This document shows, piece after piece, positions 47,516-54,940 of a stretch of 54,940 bases of DNA. This stretch comes from a virus (taxonomy: Duplodnaviria; Caudoviricetes): the IMG/VR virus record IMGVR_UViG_3300010233_000019, positions 1 to 54,940 of that record; one strand, written 5' to 3'. The number at the start of each line of letters is the position of its first letter. Position 1 is the stretch's first letter. Below the pieces are notes generated by a model. That model was not told where the DNA came from, made no database searches, and saw only the letters and a list, made by a program, of their open reading frames with translations. A program made the translations under genes and the position numbers.

Positions 47516-48145
47516 TTAGGTAGTGGTGGTCTGACCGAGGGCTCCCTGCCACGGTGTTTGGGTAGTTGCTTGAATCTGCATACGTTGGATAGCATCTATG
47601 GCTTGTCTTGTCCAGACTGGTTCGGGGGCAGGGACCCCTCGCAAGGCTTCCTCGCGGGGAGGGGTAGCGTGATAGCGATCTCTACGACGCGGAGCCTTTT
47701 GTTGATGGATCTCTGCAATAGGCATATCCGCTGGGAGTCCTCTTGTCACAGCCCAGAGACGTTTCTGGGCAAGTTCCACAAGGGTCTCCGGGACTTTGGA
47801 ATCCGGGCGGAGGAAACTCTTTCCCCACTTTCGGGAAAGTCGGGTGTCGTTTTGCTTTGCCGCGACCCAAGTGTTGATGTCGATGAGGCGATCTCCGAAG
47901 GGCCACTTCCCAATCCCCTGGAGCATCCCCCCACTCAAGGCGGAGAACTCCCGTATTGTGGTGATCCCCACAAGGGTGCTTCGGAAGGAGAGAAGCCAGG
48001 TTTGGAAGGCCTCAAAGTTCTCGGGGGATGGCACACGTTCAAAGGTCTCCTCTCGGGCAATGGCCGCGAAGCGACTCATCCGGGGGAGGACCCCCGTGAA
48101 GTCAAGCTCTATCGCAAGGCCAACGTGGATTGTAGGTTTGGGCAT
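47516..48145 (-). CDS. hypothetical protein
   Basis: 209 aa ORF with SD. Confidence 0.65.
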   Translation of the reverse strand: MPKPTIHVGLAIELDFTGVLPRMSRFAAIAREETFERVPSPENFEAFQTWLLSFRSTLVGITTIREFSALSGGMLQGIGKWPFGDRLIDINTWVAAKQNDTRLSRKWGKSFLRPDSKVPETLVELAQKRLWAVTRGLPADMPIAEIHQQKAPRRRDRYHATPPREEALRGVPAPEPVWTRQAIDAIQRMQIQATTQTPWQGALGQTTTT

Positions 48146-48146
48146 T

Positions 48147-48422
48147 TTAGGTTACTTCTCCTGTGATAAGGCAAACTGTAGTGAGGTGGTCACGAAACCA
48201 CCGTTCCATGCCATACCTGTCGGTTAGACCTGGGACAATGGAGATCATGTGGGCACGATTCTCACGGGTTCGGGGGAATCCCCCACTCCCGGGGCAACTG
48301 AGTTCCAGATGGACATCGGGAGGGTCACAGTAGCAATAATCATCCTCTCCATGACCCCCCATGCAACCTCCTGTGACTTCGAGGGAAATGGACATTTCTA
48401 CATGGTGCTTTGGGCACATCAT
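48147..48422 (-). CDS. hypothetical Cys-rich protein
   Basis: CPKH, CYC motifs. Confidence 0.55.
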   Translation of the reverse strand: MMCPKHHVEMSISLEVTGGCMGGHGEDDYCYCDPPDVHLELSCPGSGGFPRTRENRAHMISIVPGLTDRYGMERWFRDHLTTVCLITGEVT

Positions 48423-48560
48423 CTTTCTTGTACTCCTCGATTGTGGCGTTTAAAGCCTCTTTGCCGACATAGGATTTCACATTCCTGGCATACCCCAATG
48501 TCCTCTTCGTAGAGGCAGATCGAAATGAGTTCCTCCTCGGGGAACTCCCGAAGGCATACT

Positions 48561-48725
48561 TCACATTGGGGGTGCATTTAGGCCTCGTTGGAATTGGGTA
48601 GAACATAGTGGGTGGGATCTGTATTCGCAGATTTGAAGTAGTTCCAGGGCAAGAAGTTTACAAAGATAGTGTCCCCTAAGCACCCAAGGTTGAGTAGGGT
48701 TACATTGATGCCAAATTGTCCACAT
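48561..48725 (-). CDS. W..CK-family microprotein (copy 11)
   Basis: MWTIWH...YLCKLLA. Confidence 0.65.
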   Translation of the reverse strand: MWTIWHQCNPTQPWVLRGHYLCKLLALELLQICEYRSHPLCSTQFQRGLNAPPM

Positions 48726-48892
48726 CAGGATTTTACCCATTCCACGGTGCAACATTCCTGGAGATAATCCAGGTGCTGGTGTTGGTAGACTAGAAGTCTA
48801 ACCTTACATGTATCCGAACCTCGAATTTCTCGGGGAATGATGCTATGCTGATACCGTCTACTGCCTACACAAGAGTACCAAATATTCCACAT
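48725..48892 (-). CDS. W..CK-family microprotein (copy 10)
   Basis: MWNIWY...TCKVRL. Confidence 0.65.
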   Translation of the reverse strand: MWNIWYSCVGSRRYQHSIIPREIRGSDTCKVRLLVYQHQHLDYLQECCTVEWVKS

Positions 48893-49074
48893 CAGCCACG
48901 CTCCAACCAAATCTTACAACACAAAGGGAAGTAGCGAACGCTGTATTCCCACAACTCTTTTTGGGCAAGAAGTTTACACCAAAACGTCTCCTGCACATAT
49001 GGGGTAACATATATATGGTTATTCACTGCTGTGAGGGAGGCATCACAACTGTACCAAAGCTTCCAACATCTCAT
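48892..49074 (-). CDS. W..CK-family microprotein (copy 9)
   Basis: MRCWKLWY...FWCKLLA. Confidence 0.65.
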   Translation of the reverse strand: MRCWKLWYSCDASLTAVNNHIYVTPYVQETFWCKLLAQKELWEYSVRYFPLCCKIWLERG

Positions 49075-49610
49075 AACTCCTCCATCAATCCATACACCAA
49101 AATATGGCTCAAGATGAGATGGCCATCCTCGCTGCGACCCATGTGCATCGCGGGGACAAGGAGGGTGTGATCTGCGAGATCCTTTGCATGCCCCCCATCA
49201 AAGCCAAGAACTGCAAGGGTTTCCATATCCTTCCCTCGTGCTGCGAGAAGGGCAGCGAGGATGTTGGGGGAGTTTCCACTCCCTGAGATCACAATAAGGA
49301 GATCCACAGGACTCCCGTACATCTCGAGTTGCCGAGAGAAGATGTGTTCGTAACCCTCATCGTTACCCAGGGCGGTGATCATGGCCAAGGACGTGAGACT
49401 TTGGGCCTTCACATGACATTGTTTGGTGAGATCCTGGGCAAAGTGATCCGCAAGGGAGGCACTGCCTCCGTTGCCACAGATCCATACCGTGCCACCTCGC
49501 TCTTGGCATTGGGTTAGGAGATCCCAAGCCTTGAGGATCTCCGGTTCGGAGATGGAGGCAAGATTCTTTTGCAAGGAGAGGAGATAGGTCTTGATGTATT
49601 TTGAGGTCAT
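49071..49610 (-). CDS. gmhA: phosphoheptose isomerase (SIS domain)
   Basis: CGNGGSA..A.HF, TALGND.GYEHIFSRQ, ISGSGNSPN, GFDGG, EDGH...H. Confidence 0.88.
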   Translation of the reverse strand: MTSKYIKTYLLSLQKNLASISEPEILKAWDLLTQCQERGGTVWICGNGGSASLADHFAQDLTKQCHVKAQSLTSLAMITALGNDEGYEHIFSRQLEMYGSPVDLLIVISGSGNSPNILAALLAARGKDMETLAVLGFDGGHAKDLADHTLLVPAMHMGRSEDGHLILSHILVYGLMEEL

Positions 49611-49762
49611 AGAGAGGACTCTGAGGGCTTTGGTTGTAGCATCCACATCCTACCAGGAGAGGTCTGGCATAAGTACTTAAGTTGAGAGGTAGCCCAAATC
49701 TTGCATGGATACGATGTCCATCTTAGGAACCTTCCATTCTTGAGGTACACTATTATCCACAT
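49607..49762 (-). CDS. W..CK-family microprotein (copy 8)
   Basis: MWIIVY...YPCKIWA. Confidence 0.65.
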   Translation of the reverse strand: MWIIVYLKNGRFLRWTSYPCKIWATSQLKYLCQTSPGRMWMLQPKPSESSL

Positions 49763-49908
49763 AGGGGTGCTTCGTGTTTGGTGAGTTTCCATGTCAAACG
49801 TGGGTAAACACGTTTGCAAGCCACATAAGCCCCAAGTGCAAAGAGCTTACATTCATACTCTGCCCAGGTTTTAACTACCCCTTCAGAGACCCAAGTGAGT
49901 TTCCACAT
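49753..49908 (-). CDS. W..CK-family microprotein (copy 7, not in ORF track)
   Basis: Manual translation MWKLTWVSEGVVKTWAEYECKLFALGAYVACKRVYPRLTWKLTKHEAPLCG. Confidence 0.65.
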   Translation of the reverse strand: MWKLTWVSEGVVKTWAEYECKLFALGAYVACKRVYPRLTWKLTKHEAPLCG

Positions 49909-50047
49909 AAATTTGAACTATCCAGCCTGTTCCCGGCACGGCTGGTCTCCTGAAGGGGTCTGGCCACCATAGGGTCATAGACCCAGTACGACCAAGATAC
50001 CCAAAGCAGGAAGGATATATTATATGCCCTGCCTTGGCCCCTTCGCG

Positions 50048-50123
50048 TCCTACCCCCACTCCGTCACTGAGTTATGAGGGCACTGCCCACACAGGGGATT
50101 TGAACCCCTGCTGTGAGGTAGAA
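50048..50123 (-). ncRNA. circularly permuted tRNA-like RNA element
   Basis: Order on the minus strand: closing stem, T arm (TTCAAAT loop), acceptor-like stem closed by AGT, TA, D arm, closing stem. Confidence 0.65.
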
Positions 50124-50124
50124 A

Positions 50125-50307
50125 TTAAACTTGCCGAAATCTCACCTCGTATCGGAGGAGGGGATGGTCAGGATTTCTTGCACCGCCCCTCGCGCACCTT
50201 GCAAGTGCAAGGATCTTGCAAGGGAAGGAAATGGCTTCTATATTACCATATGCTCGTAGAGGCTTCATCTCCCCGTAGTCATATGTATTCCACCAAACTT
50301 CCCACAT
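50125..50307 (-). CDS. W..CK-family microprotein (copy 6)
   Basis: MWEVWW...FPCKILA; SD AGGAG. Confidence 0.7.
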   Translation of the reverse strand: MWEVWWNTYDYGEMKPLRAYGNIEAISFPCKILALARCARGGARNPDHPLLRYEVRFRQV

Positions 50308-50324
50308 TTCAGATGTGCTCTCCT

Positions 50325-50782
50325 AGAATTGGCTCCCCAGTACCAAGAGGGTTTCAGAACCCTCCTCGGCTCTATCACATCCCCCGCTGAGGAGCCAGGG
50401 GAAGCGGAGGCATTTCTGCCTCGGTGTGGTGGGGAATTTCACCCGCTGGACTGTGTTGAAGGCTTGGCAGAGCAAGGGCCTTTGCAATCAAACTCTCCCA
50501 AGGAAGACTCCTCTCAAAGGACACACATCCTTTGATTGGGAATGAGCTTTGGTGATTGGTCAGGACCTTTGGTGGCAAACCTAACAGCTACGCCTTTCAC
50601 GCCCACGTTTCTCCGTAAAGCTACAGAGAACAAAGAGGTCATATAGATTTACTCAAAGCAGATCTAGCAAGGCTTGCTAGATGGACTTCAATACATCCGA
50701 TCACTCCTTGGGCAACCGATGCCAAGCTCCAGATATCCTCTGGAGGGGTTTTAAACCCCGTGCAAAAAGGTAAGGCTACCCT
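50325..50782 (-). ncRNA. candidate large structured non-coding RNA
   Basis: About 460 nt without a convincing ORF, with at least 8 closely spaced hairpins. Confidence 0.5.
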
Positions 50783-50950
50783 TTAGGGGCGGGGTTTAAA
50801 GGTGAATTCCCAAGTGGGGTACCAATATTGCCATTTGGCTATCTGGATTGGGAAACGGAGTTTGCAATGCACATCATCGTTCTCGGGATGGGGCATCCAA
50901 TCTCTGTAAAGAGTCCCCTCTCGGCGTCGGGACCAGAGTTGCCAGGTCAT
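50783..50950 (-). CDS. W..CK-family microprotein (copy 5, not in ORF track)
   Basis: Manual translation MTWQLWSRRREGTLYRDWMPHPENDDVHCKLRFPIQIAKWQYWYPTWEFTFKPRP. Confidence 0.65.
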   Translation of the reverse strand: MTWQLWSRRREGTLYRDWMPHPENDDVHCKLRFPIQIAKWQYWYPTWEFTFKPRP

Positions 50951-51435
50951 AACATATACCCCAGATGTCCATCCTTGTAAGCGTCAAAGACCTCATTGGG
51001 GTCATCCTCAAAGGATTTGGCCACCATCTCAAGGGTGGCTTGAGTGGGTTTGATGACCTCGGGTAAAGGCCAGAGGAGTTTCTTCCACCCATCAAAGAGG
51101 CGATTGAATTGTGGCCAAAGAACCGGGGTGTGTTGCATCCATCTCCACAGCCTCTCCCCATCACAGAGGTACACATTGTCGCTTTGGGAGAGGAGATTTC
51201 GGATGTGAGCTTCCAGTTCAATGGGGATGTGGTACTTCTCCGGCCAAAGGAGACCTCGGAATTTGTCATCAATGTAAACCCATGTCTGACAGGTCGAGGT
51301 GCGCTTCTCACAGTAGCGGCAGATGATACTTCGCCCATCCTGGGTCTCCGGAGAGGGGAGGAAGTTGAACTCGATCCCACTCGCGGTGATTGTGGAGAAG
51401 CCACAGAGAAGGCAGGTTTTGGAGATGGTACTCAT
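50947..51435 (-). CDS. hypothetical Zn-finger protein
   Basis: CLLC...CRYC. Confidence 0.7.
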   Translation of the reverse strand: MSTISKTCLLCGFSTITASGIEFNFLPSPETQDGRSIICRYCEKRTSTCQTWVYIDDKFRGLLWPEKYHIPIELEAHIRNLLSQSDNVYLCDGERLWRWMQHTPVLWPQFNRLFDGWKKLLWPLPEVIKPTQATLEMVAKSFEDDPNEVFDAYKDGHLGYML

Positions 51436-51620
51436 TAGAGTCGAGCCATGGTCATGGTTCTTGGGGAGGTGATGACCCGAAGATCCTCGGGGGCTGTGCC
51501 AGCTTCGAGGAGATCATTGTATGCCCAGCAAATCTTGAGTTTGCAAAGGGATGTTTGATAGGTATGCCATCTATCACTCCAAACATCCCTATATTGCAAC
51601 ACATATCGAAGTCTTCTCAT
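51435..51620 (-). CDS. W..CK-family microprotein (copy 4)
   Basis: MRRLRYVLQY...WHTYQTSLCKLK. Confidence 0.6.
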   Translation of the reverse strand: MRRLRYVLQYRDVWSDRWHTYQTSLCKLKICWAYNDLLEAGTAPEDLRVITSPRTMTMARL

Positions 51621-51802
51621 CTGGGGACACTTTGAAAGCGGGCTCGGGGATATCGGTCTTGCCACTCCCGTAATACTGCGAGACTTTGGAGTCTACAGGA
51701 GCGGTCGGTGTTTTCGTTATATCGATGGGGGTACTGAGGATTATAAAGTTCCTTCCACTCAGGGGAGAGGTAGTCTTGCTGGAATAGGATTTTCCAAATC
51801 AT
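51617..51802 (-). CDS. W..CK-family microprotein (copy 3)
   Basis: MIWKILF...SCRLQ...YP..RF. Confidence 0.65.
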   Translation of the reverse strand: MIWKILFQQDYLSPEWKELYNPQYPHRYNENTDRSCRLQSLAVLREWQDRYPRARFQSVPR

Positions 51803-51805
51803 TTC

Positions 51806-52582
51806 CTAAGCCTCCTTCTGGGCCCATAAGGTGATTGCCCTCTTGTATGCTATGAGGGTATTCGCATCCTCCACGGACGGGGCGGAGTTTACCTCAAGGA
51901 TGACAAGGGTTCCGTCATCCTTTTCGAGGATGTCGCAAGCTCCATGAGTGTAGCCAAGGGCCCCCACCGCGGACTTGGCAACTTCCTTAAGCCTCTCGGG
52001 TCTTGGCCACTCCCCGTAGTTGAGATGCCACCCATTTCTGCGGCTCCGCACAAGGAGAGGAGAGATCCCAGGTTCTACTTTGACCTTCATCCCCGAGCGG
52101 ATGGCTTTGTCTCCGAAGATATGTTGGCGGTACTCGGCTTTGGAGGATACCACTTGCACCCAGAAGTCTCGTGAGAGCCATCGTTGGGAGAAGTGTTCTC
52201 CTCCGATGCGTTCGGGGGTTCCAGCTAGGATTCGAGGACGTTGGACTCGGTTACCTTTCTTGGTGATGATCCATCTCATCTCGGTTCGGCTTGGACTTGC
52301 GGGGACCCGGGTGAGTCTTTGGAATTCCGGACCCACAATGTCCCGGCCCTGAGTGTGATGGAGCTTACGGCCAAAGACTTCAATGCCATTCCGTACCCAT
52401 GCCTTAGCCACCTCCACATCCGTAGTGAACTCAGGACAAGCAAGTCCCGCAAGGCGAAATGCTTGGAGTTGTTCTAGGCCATTCTTGCCACCTTGGCCCC
52501 AATGGAAGGTAGGTCCGGGGGTGTCTTTGAGGGCTTCCTGCAATGCCCTCGTGGAAGGCCAATCTGGTCCGGTAATTTTCAT
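51806..52582 (-). CDS. ATP-grasp amide ligase (phiEco32-like / RimK-like)
   Basis: EYRQHI, RSRRNGW, AVGALG..GACD, ILEVNSAP. Confidence 0.85.
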   Translation of the reverse strand: MKITGPDWPSTRALQEALKDTPGPTFHWGQGGKNGLEQLQAFRLAGLACPEFTTDVEVAKAWVRNGIEVFGRKLHHTQGRDIVGPEFQRLTRVPASPSRTEMRWIITKKGNRVQRPRILAGTPERIGGEHFSQRWLSRDFWVQVVSSKAEYRQHIFGDKAIRSGMKVKVEPGISPLLVRSRRNGWHLNYGEWPRPERLKEVAKSAVGALGYTHGACDILEKDDGTLVILEVNSAPSVEDANTLIAYKRAITLWAQKEA

Positions 52583-52737
52583 CTAGGGATCCCCCTAAAA
52601 AGAACGATTTTATACTCAAAGTCGGCCACTAGTCCACATCTTTGCTGTGCGAGAAGGCGGCAGGGGTATCTTTCAGATGTGGCAAACCCCCAAGGATAGT
52701 TTGGTCCCATTCGATACATCACTTTCCATCCCCTCAT
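52579..52737 (-). CDS. W..CK-family microprotein (copy 2, not in ORF track)
   Basis: Manual translation MRGWKVMYRMGPNYPWGFATSERYPCRLLAQQRCGLVADFEYKIVLFRGIPR. Confidence 0.65.
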   Translation of the reverse strand: MRGWKVMYRMGPNYPWGFATSERYPCRLLAQQRCGLVADFEYKIVLFRGIPR

Positions 52738-53207
52738 CCCTTCGCCTCTTCCCGTTTCCTCATCACCGCCACATCAAAACATGTCTTGGCCGGGGAGAAG
52801 GAGCGGATTTTGATCTTGAGATGTCCAGGGATCCTGGACATCTTGTTGATCTGCACGGCGAGGTTCTTGAGCTGGGTGGGGACAAAGCGGGGATTCTTGT
52901 ATATCCCTCCCCCACAGATCTTGCAAACCAAGGACGAATCCTTCTTGAAAGGCCAATCCCTATCACACTCCGCGAGGATGTGATGGAAGAAGGCTTGTTT
53001 TTGCTTGTGCCCTCGGAGGGTGATTTGGATGTGTTTGTCTTTGTTGTCAACCATTGATGTGGTCCTTGGGGCGAGGGGTTTGATGGGGATTCCCTTCATG
53101 CCAATCTCCGCTCGATGTTTGTCAAAGCGGCACTGAGGGCACTCCCCATTGTAGGTGTAGATATTCCTGGCCCCACACAGAGCACATGTGATGAGGATAT
53201 CACTCAT
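52734..53207 (-). CDS. hypothetical Zn-finger protein
   Basis: CALC..CPQC and CKIC. Confidence 0.65.
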   Translation of the reverse strand: MSDILITCALCGARNIYTYNGECPQCRFDKHRAEIGMKGIPIKPLAPRTTSMVDNKDKHIQITLRGHKQKQAFFHHILAECDRDWPFKKDSSLVCKICGGGIYKNPRFVPTQLKNLAVQINKMSRIPGHLKIKIRSFSPAKTCFDVAVMRKREEAKG

Positions 53208-53406
53208 CTGGGGTCACTCCTGCGGGGACGATGATATATTCCCATTTTTCAAGATTATAGTTGGTGTACCGTTCGGATATAAGTTCGACCTTGCATGGCC
53301 ATACCCTTCGGCCAGCTTCTGGGGAACCCCAAAGGGGATACCATCTTGGGTATTGAATCTCCCCCCTCCAGGTGGAACGATTGCGAAACCACACCTCCCA
53401 TCCCAT
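53200..53406 (-). CDS. W..CK-family microprotein (copy 1)
   Basis: MGWEVWF...WPCKVE...EYIIVP. Confidence 0.65.
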   Translation of the reverse strand: MGWEVWFRNRSTWRGEIQYPRWYPLWGSPEAGRRVWPCKVELISERYTNYNLEKWEYIIVPAGVTPDE

Positions 53407-53410
53407 AGGG

Positions 53411-53731
53411 TTACCTTTGTTTCTTTCCCATCAAAAGCTCATCCATATCCAGCTCCTCTGGGACCTTTGCCTCAGCTTGGGCACCCTCGGTCATCACGAA
53501 CTTTGCGGATTGCTGGGCACTCTTGGTGAGGGTGTCGCTCATCTTGGCAAGAGTCTCAAGAGTCTGAAGACGCTCCTCGGGCGTAGCAAGCTCCCCGGTG
53601 AGCCTCTCCTTGAGATGCCCGAGTTGATCCTCAATGAGATCTCGGATTTGCTTGTGGAGCTTTAGGGTTTGTTTGAGATCAGTCTCCAAGAGGGAGAATG
53701 GAGTCTCCTTAGTGCCTTGGGGTCGAGCCAT
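53411..53731 (-). CDS. hypothetical coiled-coil protein
   Basis: 106 aa helical ORF with SD. Confidence 0.7.
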   Translation of the reverse strand: MARPQGTKETPFSLLETDLKQTLKLHKQIRDLIEDQLGHLKERLTGELATPEERLQTLETLAKMSDTLTKSAQQSAKFVMTEGAQAEAKVPEELDMDELLMGKKQR

Positions 53732-54649
53732 CTAGTTCACTCCTTCGGAGGTTTCCATCTTGAGAGAATCCAAAAACTCCTGCCATTGCAACTCCAAACA
53801 CGCAGGGCAGACGAGTTCTTTTTTGGTGTCCACCTTTGTGGTCCGGCAGATGTAGCAGATATCCGTGCTCATCCAATACCCAGTACCCACCGGACGAGAC
53901 GATGTGCTATTCCACGGTGGGTATGACCCAACTTCGCCAGAGTTCGAGTAGTCCGGATATAGGGTGACTTTTTTTTTGCTCGCTTCAAAGGGAAGGGTTT
54001 CGATTTTGAGAAGCGTGTCTCTCCCATCTTGGGTGGTGAGTTGATACTTCACAAACTCATCGATTTGCCAATTCGTTTTGATTGGGTTCCCAAGGATCCT
54101 AGCGATCTTACTGAGAGGAGTGTATGTGGAACAGAAAACAAGTTCTCCCCCCTCGAGGGTGGCTACGTGGAGATCTTGGGTTCCAAAGCGACAGAAGTTG
54201 AGTTGATCTTCTTCATACCACGCCAGGGCTCCATAGCCCTCGAGGCCTTCCACACCTTTGCCTTCCGCAAAGTTCGCATAGATATGCATCGAGTCCACTT
54301 CAAACTTGCGATTCCATCGGGTGTTCAGATCTGTGTGGGTCCGGATGATTCCATTGTGAATGCCAATCACCCGTCCACCATCGGCTTTGGGAAACTCGAA
54401 GGGATGTGCATTGTCCAGGAGCTTTGGAGAGCCATGTGAGGCACTTCGGGTGTGGAAGATCCCCCGATGTCCGGACCACTCTGGGGGACACTCAAAGGAA
54501 TCCACAATGGACCCAATGTGTTTGATGATGGTATAGCCATCCGAGGCTCCCCAAGAATCCGTGCCTCTCGCGGACATCTCAATCCCAAGATACGGAAGCA
54601 TTGCCCGAGTTGAAGGGGTGATGCGACTTACCCCAAATATTCCACACAT
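53732..54649 (-). CDS. class II (Ntn) glutamine amidotransferase
   Basis: N-terminal MCGIFG, RGTDSWG, HTRSASHG, NAHPF, HNGII, EVDS. Confidence 0.9.
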   Translation of the reverse strand: MCGIFGVSRITPSTRAMLPYLGIEMSARGTDSWGASDGYTIIKHIGSIVDSFECPPEWSGHRGIFHTRSASHGSPKLLDNAHPFEFPKADGGRVIGIHNGIIRTHTDLNTRWNRKFEVDSMHIYANFAEGKGVEGLEGYGALAWYEEDQLNFCRFGTQDLHVATLEGGELVFCSTYTPLSKIARILGNPIKTNWQIDEFVKYQLTTQDGRDTLLKIETLPFEASKKKVTLYPDYSNSGEVGSYPPWNSTSSRPVGTGYWMSTDICYICRTTKVDTKKELVCPACLELQWQEFLDSLKMETSEGVN

Positions 54650-54681
54650 GTAAGTTAAGTGTCCTTTTGGTTTAGATGGTG

Positions 54682-54939
54682 TTACTGAAGATTCCGAAGA
54701 TACTCCCGCCAATCCCCGGAGGGGATAAGTGGCTCTCCATCTCGATGGGGGAAGGTATATATTTCACACTTCCTGATAACTCCGTGGGTAACATCAAATA
54801 CGGAGGCTGTAAGTCTCCGATAAAGCCGTGGATGTCCCTCGATTTGATCAAGTAAGTGGAGAGTCCCTGGGGTAACTTGGTATATCTCCCCTCGGATGAT
54901 GTTAGTCCCGTCGAGGACAAGACTTACTCCCGGGACTTG
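54682..54939 (-). CDS. gamma-glutamylcyclotransferase (GGCT/AIG2-like), 5' end cut off by the window edge; not in ORF track
   Basis: Manual translation ...PG...IRGEIYQV...LLDQIEGHPRLYRR...IY...IPSGDW. Confidence 0.8.
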   Translation of the reverse strand, partial: QVPGVSLVLDGTNIIRGEIYQVTPGTLHLLDQIEGHPRLYRRLTASVFDVTHGVIRKCEIYTFPHRDGEPLIPSGDWREYLRNLQ

Positions 54940-54940
54940 G

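Noticed and set aside
50085-50110. T arm read as a canonical tRNA gene or a tRNA-derived attP site
   Set aside because: No matching 5' half upstream, no anticodon loop or CCA, and no integrase in the window; the permuted fold explains it better.
50329-50578. Short ORFs 50329..50535(+) and 50375..50578(-)
   Set aside because: Non-ATG starts, no coupling to neighbours and no motifs; the region looks like structured non-coding sequence.
54672-54920. 82-aa ORF from the track
   Set aside because: A different frame (54682..54939) carries clear GGCT motifs and is the more likely gene.

Overview
This window is most of a tailed dsDNA phage genome (podovirus-like, probably with a Gram-negative host). 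It has two convergent arms. The + strand arm (about 0.3-36.3 kb) carries packaging and virion genes: a terminase large subunit split into two genes, portal, scaffold, major capsid, adaptor/nozzle, tailspike and ejection proteins, plus several proteins with signal peptides. The - strand arm (about 36.3-54.9 kb, cut off at the right edge) carries replication and early genes: UDG-fused PolA, a primase-associated ATPase, SSB, an AAA ATPase, a PD-(D/E)xK nuclease, and an ATP-grasp/GATase/GGCT set. Standout observations: (1) a dispersed heptose synthesis and transfer toolkit (GmhA, HldE-type kinase, GT9, TylF-type O-methyltransferase) with a circularly permuted histidine phosphatase; (2) 11 divergent 50-70 aa paralogous microproteins sharing W-x-[ILV]-x-[WYF]...C-[KR]-[LIV], interleaved with (3) a circularly permuted tRNA-like RNA and a hairpin-dense ~470-nt non-coding block; (4) many Sec/Tat-exported proteins inside the virion region. 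I recognised no integrase, CRISPR array, canonical tRNA or endolysin. All calls come from reading motifs by eye; no database searches were run.
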